In this document: in pieces, positions 27,747 through 32,000 of the stretch
Layout of the letters: each line of letters opens with the position of its first letter
Numbering within the stretch: the stretch's first letter is position 1
From: an uncultured Chloroflexia bacterium
GTDB lineage: Bacteria > Chloroflexota > Ktedonobacteria > Ktedonobacterales > JADMIN01
Reading direction: 5' to 3'
Assembly: GCA_963718915.1 (NCBI GenBank)
Contig: CAVRAI010000001.1
Coordinates: 240,001-272,000, forward strand
DNA length: 32,000 nucleotides
The notes under the pieces: model-generated
Seen by the model: the letters and a program-made list of their open reading frames with translations, nothing else
The model's database searches: none
What the model was told of the DNA's origin: nothing
Position numbers and translations under genes: made by a program

Positions 27747-29852
27747 GTGTCGCTTACATTACTTTTCGGCTTGATGACGTTGGCGCCGGCCGTCGTCGCG
27801 ATTCTTCTCGTCATCCTTTCGCGTGTCACCACATTCCGCCTGCCGTCGCCGGTCGCATTCGCCCTGGCGGGGCTGGCAGCGGCCGCGCCAATTGTCGGGC
27901 TGATTCTGCTCAGTTCCGATCTCACCTTCCCCACGCCGCTTCGCTTCGCCTTCGCGGGCAATAGCGCCACGCCGTTCGCGCCGGTCTTCCGCGCGGATGG
28001 CTTTTCCTTCTACAGCGCCTGGGGCATCGCGGTGCTGATCGTGCCGCTGTTGCTCTGGCTGGTCTGGATGGACGCGGGCCGGGCAGCAAGCTCATCCGGT
28101 CGGCTGCTGGCCGAGCTGGGACTGGTGATCGGCCTCGAAGCGTGCGCGCTGCAACTGGTCTTCTCCGATAACCTGCTCTGGTTCGGCCTGGTCTGGCTCG
28201 CGTTGGTAGCGCTGACATGGTACCTGGGAGAACAGGGCGCCGAGAGCAGTAATCTCGATTATCGCGGCCTGATTGCGATGCTGATTGGGCCAGCGTTGAC
28301 AGTGCTGCTGCTACTGCTCATCGCGATCACCACCAAAGATCACACGTTCTACGGGCTGGCGGGCCATTCAGCCGCGTCGCCGTGGCAGATCGTCCTGCTG
28401 GCGGTAACACTCTCGCTGGCGGGCGGTGGCTATCCGTTCGTTGCGTGGGTGCGCCGGAGGGCCGCGTTTGCCACGCCGTCCGGGTTCGGCGCGCTCCTGG
28501 CGCTGGCGCTGCCGATGGTCGTCTTTGTCGGCGCGCGCTCATGGAGCGCCCTGCAAGCGACCACCAGCGGACTCTGGCCGCAGATTGGCGCGGTGACGCC
28601 GCCGATCACCGGAGGCATCGCGCTGGCGGTGCTCGGCTCGCTCTCGGTTGCCATTGCTGGTCTGCTGGCGCTTGGGCGCCGCGATGGGCGCACCCTGGTG
28701 GCGCTGCTCGCGACCGCGCAGGTCGGCTGGGGGCTGTTCGCCCTCGGCTCGTCACAGCCCGCCGCCGCTATCGGCGTGGTCATCTTGCTGGCGACCAGTG
28801 TGGTGGGTATCGGCGCGATGACGGCGGCGCTGGTTTCCGGCGGCATACTGACGGCGGATGATGAGCCTGACGGATCTGGCCCAGCGCCGTTTGGCCTGGC
28901 GTCACGCCCACTCAACCTTCTTGCCTGGTCTGTCGGCGCGGCTACCGCGCTGGGTGTCCCGTTCTTCGGCGGGTTCATCGCGCGCAACCAGATTACCGCC
29001 GGCACGCTTGCCGGGACGAAACTGGGCATCCCGCTCCTTGGCCTTGCCTGGCTGGGCGATGCGCTCTTTGCGCTGGCGCTGATCCGAGCGACGGTGCTGG
29101 CCTTCAAGGCCGACCCGGACGAACTGGCGGGCGATGAGACCGAAAAACCCGCGCGTTCCTCCGCGTCGGAGTTGCTGGAGCTGCCCGGAGCGGTGCTGGC
29201 GGTCATCGGGATCGCGCTTGGCATCTTCCCCCAGACATTCCTGAATATGGGCGCTCTCTTCGCGGTCGATCAGATAACGCCCGCAGGCGCCGCGAATGGC
29301 GTGCTGCGCGTCATATCGTTCGGCTACTCGACCGGGAATAGCCAGTGGCTCCCCGGCATCTTCTGGCTGGCGGCGGTGGTGCTGACAGGCGCCATTCTGC
29401 TCATCCGCCTGGGAACGCACCGCACCGCGGTGACGCTGGAGATCAGCGGCGAGGCAGAGTTGACCGGCATGGAACGCGACGCGCTGGACGAGCCTGCGGT
29501 CGTCTGGGTTGACCTCGCCTCCGCCTTTACCTCGTCCTGGACGCAGGTGGCGGGCAGTCAGCTCATCGGCGGTATCGATGAAGATGACGAATACATCGAG
29601 GCGCAACTGGACGACGACGACGAGGGCGACGATGACAGCGGCCCCGACGACACGACGCCTCCTGACGACGCCGATGACGGCGCCGCGACGCCCGAAAAAG
29701 GTGTGGCTCCGGCCAATGGCGTGACAGCAGAGGCAAACGTGGCCGACGAGACCGCCGAGGACACATCCGCCGAAGAGGCGCCCGTCAACGAACGCAAGGC
29801 GGCGAAGCAGGGCGCCCGTAAAGCCGGACAGCGCGGCCAGTCGCGGCAATAG
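27747..29852 (+). CDS. divergent complex-I antiporter-like subunit (NuoL/M/N - HycC/HyfB - MrpD superfamily) with an acidic disordered C-terminal tail
   Basis: Segments collinear with PF00361-type proteins. FRADGFSFYSAWGIAVLIVPLL matches the N-terminal motif. SDNLLWFGLVWLALVALTWYL matches the TM5 region. GGGYPFVAWVRRRAAFATPSGFGALLA corresponds to K..PFH.WLPDA..APTPVSALL. LLALGRRDGRTLVALLATAQVGWG corresponds to Al.Q.DlKRlLAYSSi.H.G. RBS AAGGGAGG. Confidence 0.6.
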   Translation: MSLTLLFGLMTLAPAVVAILLVILSRVTTFRLPSPVAFALAGLAAAAPIVGLILLSSDLTFPTPLRFAFAGNSATPFAPVFRADGFSFYSAWGIAVLIVPLLLWLVWMDAGRAASSSGRLLAELGLVIGLEACALQLVFSDNLLWFGLVWLALVALTWYLGEQGAESSNLDYRGLIAMLIGPALTVLLLLLIAITTKDHTFYGLAGHSAASPWQIVLLAVTLSLAGGGYPFVAWVRRRAAFATPSGFGALLALALPMVVFVGARSWSALQATTSGLWPQIGAVTPPITGGIALAVLGSLSVAIAGLLALGRRDGRTLVALLATAQVGWGLFALGSSQPAAAIGVVILLATSVVGIGAMTAALVSGGILTADDEPDGSGPAPFGLASRPLNLLAWSVGAATALGVPFFGGFIARNQITAGTLAGTKLGIPLLGLAWLGDALFALALIRATVLAFKADPDELAGDETEKPARSSASELLELPGAVLAVIGIALGIFPQTFLNMGALFAVDQITPAGAANGVLRVISFGYSTGNSQWLPGIFWLAAVVLTGAILLIRLGTHRTAVTLEISGEAELTGMERDALDEPAVVWVDLASAFTSSWTQVAGSQLIGGIDEDDEYIEAQLDDDDEGDDDSGPDDTTPPDDADDGAATPEKGVAPANGVTAEANVADETAEDTSAEEAPVNERKAAKQGARKAGQRGQSRQ

Positions 29853-29877
29853 ACGACTCCCAGGAGGAAAGTAGCCC

Positions 29878-30828
29878 ATGAACGGGGTGTTGAGTTTTGC
29901 ACTGGCGGTGCTGATTTATCCGGGATTGCTGGTGGCGGTGGTCGCGGGTGTGGCGCTGCTCCTGGTACGGGCGGTCGCCAGCGGCGCGGCGGGTGGCGAG
30001 AAGGGCGATTTCATCGCCGACCTGCGCGAGTCCTGGCAGGGTGAGACGATTGCGCCAGACGGTGTGAGTGAGTCCGCGCTGACGCTCAGCAGCGTCGTCG
30101 CGATCCTCGCGCCCGCGCTGGCGCTCGTGATGCTGCCAGTGCCCGGCAATCCACTGGTGACGGCGATTGGCCTGAAGGGCGATCTGGTGGCGGAGGGCGC
30201 GCTGTTGCTGGGGCTGCCGCTGGCGCGATTGTTTGTCGGCTGGCTGACGCCGACCCCCCTCACGCGCATTGCCGCCGACCGAGGCGCGCGCTTGCTAGCC
30301 GGGGCGGCGCTCTCCCTGACGCTCTCACTCACCGCCATCGCCCAGCAGTTCGACACGCTGACGATTGCCAACGCGCCCATCAAAGCGCCCAGCGGTATCT
30401 TGATCGCCGCGCGCGTGTTGGCCGCGCTTGCCTTTATCTGTGTGCTGCCCGTGCTCACGCGCATCACCGCGATTCGCGAGCCGCGCGACGCCGAGGATAC
30501 AGCCCCCGACGAGTTGCTGGAGGTCACGGGGCGCGACCGCTTCTGCTTCCGGCTTGGCGAGGCGATTCAGCTTGCGGCGACCGCGGGCTTTTTCCTTGCA
30601 GTCTTCGTCATGCCCTTCTTCTCCGTGGCGCCACAGGGCGCGGCCATGGCGATCATCTGGATCGTCGGGCTGCTACTGACGGCGGCGGGCATTGGCGTGT
30701 GGGACGCGCTACGCCGACAGATGCCCGTGGGCAACGATCATCCACCGCTGACCTGGTGGCTGGGCTGGCCACTGCTGATCTCGTTGGCGGCGCTGGTCGT
30801 CACCGCCTGGGCCACGCGCGGGGTCTAG
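29878..30828 (+). CDS. divergent NuoH/HycD-like membrane subunit
   Basis: 316 aa, about 8 TM. GDFIADLRESWQGETIAPDG resembles the NuoH/HycD loop (..aD..Kl..KE...P). DELLEVTGRDRFCFRLGEAIQLAATAGFFLAVFVMPFF resembles E.EL.eG...EysG..F.....aEy......lf..P. RBS AGGAGG. Starts 25 nt after the upstream stop. Confidence 0.5.
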   Translation: MNGVLSFALAVLIYPGLLVAVVAGVALLLVRAVASGAAGGEKGDFIADLRESWQGETIAPDGVSESALTLSSVVAILAPALALVMLPVPGNPLVTAIGLKGDLVAEGALLLGLPLARLFVGWLTPTPLTRIAADRGARLLAGAALSLTLSLTAIAQQFDTLTIANAPIKAPSGILIAARVLAALAFICVLPVLTRITAIREPRDAEDTAPDELLEVTGRDRFCFRLGEAIQLAATAGFFLAVFVMPFFSVAPQGAAMAIIWIVGLLLTAAGIGVWDALRRQMPVGNDHPPLTWWLGWPLLISLAALVVTAWATRGV

Positions 30829-30855
30829 CCGGGCCACGATCTGCGCAGTTGAGTG

Positions 30856-30886
30856 GAACCTGTCAGATGAGATGTCTGGCAGGTTC
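30856..30886 (+). terminator. 12-bp hairpin after the NuoH-like gene (weak terminator candidate)
   Basis: GAACCTGTCAGA-tgagatg-TCTGGCAGGTTC, with one U-G pair that works only on the plus-strand RNA. There is no clear U-tract (GTTGCATTC). Confidence 0.3.
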
Positions 30887-31196
30887 GTTGCATTCACGCT
30901 TGTGAACGATACGTCCCAACGGCATATTTGCAGGTTCTTGCCTCCTCTCATCCCCATGTGTTGATGTTCCCATACATACTTCTGGTATAGAATGCCTCAG
31001 CATAATGTATGCCTTGTGCGCGTAAACCCAACAATGTACACCTATTCTCTTTTGCTGACACGGATGATATAGTGACTTTGCATTGACCTGGTCAGCCAAT
31101 TTGTAAAGCAAGCGAAGCATAACCAAGCAAACCGGATAACACTTCCCGCGCGTTTCCTCGTACTGTTTTGCTGTTGAATGAGGATAAGGCTCGCGT

Positions 31197-31373
31197 ATGA
31201 ATTGCCCACAATGTCAAGACTGCTCGTTGTGTGGCCATCGACAGACGCTCTCCCTCGACAACCGCGTCAACCGCACCTACACCTGTCTCTGTTGTGGCAT
31301 CGTCGTAGACCGCGACTGCAACGCGAGCCGGAACATATTAAGACTGGGACGACAGTCTCTGGCGTCGGCCTAA
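31197..31373 (+). pseudogene. tnpB: C-terminal zinc-ribbon remnant of an IS200/IS605-family TnpB (OrfB)
   Basis: The 58-codon ORF MNCPQCQDCSLCGHRQTLSLDNRVNRTYTCLCCGIVVDRDCNASRNILRLG matches the TnpB C-terminal pattern C..CG....l..R...C..CG...DRD.NA..NI. Stops lie immediately upstream, and no RuvC or WED region was found. Confidence 0.7.
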
Positions 31374-31610
31374 CCGAGCTTAGAAACTGTTATGCACTCA
31401 AGGTCGAACGGCCCAGGAAGCCTAGAATACGAGACTGGAAGAGCGGCAGAACGCCAGGAGAGGTGCAAAACCACACAACTGAGCGATGATACGAGCGGCT
31501 TTAGCCTCATCGCGTGTCCAATTCTACAGCGTTCTACGATAGTCACCGTCAAGTCTTTAACAGGCTCTAGGCTAAAACCACCTGAGACGCCAATAGACGA
31601 GGGAGCGGAG

Positions 31611-32000
31611 ATGATGCATACGGATAGATTGCGTTGGCGGCTGTCAGGTATTCTGTCTTCGGCGCTGCTCATCTCCGCCCTGTGTGTGGGCGGCTGTACC
31701 CCGGCGCTGCACGGCGCGTCCAGCACGACATCGGCGCAACTGGGCAACGGCGTGTTGGCATGGCCCTTCGATACCCATTCTGGCGCGTGGGTGATTGAGA
31801 ATGGCTACAACTGGAACGCCAGCAACGGTGGTCTCGATCATGGCTGTTCATCTTATGGGCAAACCTGCTACGAACAAGATTCCTTCGACTTCCAGATCAG
31901 TGGCCCTCAAGGCAGCACAATTGGCGCGCAAGTGTTGAGTCCAGTCGCTGGGAGTCTGGTAGACTTCCAGAGCGCTGTTCCAGGTGATGGTAGTTCGGGT
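31611..32000 (+). CDS. putative secreted lipoprotein (3' partial; possibly M23-like)
   Basis: ATG is preceded by GGGAGCGGAG. Signal peptide with a lipobox-like LISALCVGGC. Open to the window end. The GLDHG...SPVAGSLV pattern is only weakly M23-like. Confidence 0.55.
   Translation, partial: MMHTDRLRWRLSGILSSALLISALCVGGCTPALHGASSTTSAQLGNGVLAWPFDTHSGAWVIENGYNWNASNGGLDHGCSSYGQTCYEQDSFDFQISGPQGSTIGAQVLSPVAGSLVDFQSAVPGDGSSG

Noticed and set aside
28430-29879. Two long minus-strand ORFs (264 and 325 aa)
   Set aside because: Antisense to the antiporter-like gene. Low-complexity Arg/Ala/Ser/Pro-rich translations and no RBS.
30863-31126. 87-aa minus-strand ORF in the low-GC spacer
   Set aside because: No RBS or homology. 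It lies in a decayed IS-associated region and is likely non-coding.
31178-31489. 103-aa plus-strand ORF from the track
   Set aside because: It is in a different frame from the recognisable TnpB zinc-ribbon remnant (31197-31373). Its translation has no features.

Overview
High-GC bacterial chromosomal segment (mid-60s % GC by eye, not computed) with strong Shine-Dalgarno sites. The gene content, a Pro/Gly-rich IF2 N-terminus and the IS types weakly suggest a Chloroflexota-like organism; this is a guess. Most of the window is housekeeping: infB and rbfA (minus strand), rpsP, a KH protein and rimM (plus strand), a UbiB/ABC1-like kinase, heme A synthase, guaB, an M20 peptidase, a class I aminotransferase, gatB, glutamate dehydrogenase and an S58/P1 peptidase. 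Two regions stand out. (1) At 13.8-19.9 kb, a TIR-TPR gene has its 3' end cut by an IS630-family element. That element carries an IS5-family element inside its own left inverted repeat. In-silico excision restores an open frame that ends in an ATGA overlap with a low-GC 319-codon gene of unknown function. By eye this gene resembles a degenerate FtsZ/tubulin fold. A SoxR-like MerR regulator with a SoxR-box-like promoter, driving a small Cys-rich protein, follows. (2) At 27.7-30.8 kb, an orphan two-gene membrane module pairs a complex-I antiporter-like (NuoL/HycC-type) protein with a NuoH/HycD-like protein. No other complex I or hydrogenase subunits are nearby, and the canonical proton-channel residues appear to be replaced. 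Other observations: a dispersed ~150-nt intergenic hairpin repeat (two copies with swapped hairpin modules), a 166-nt nested palindromic element upstream of gatB, a long structured infB leader, a frameshifted formyltransferase gene, and a TnpB C-terminal remnant. No rRNA, tRNA or CRISPR array was recognised.
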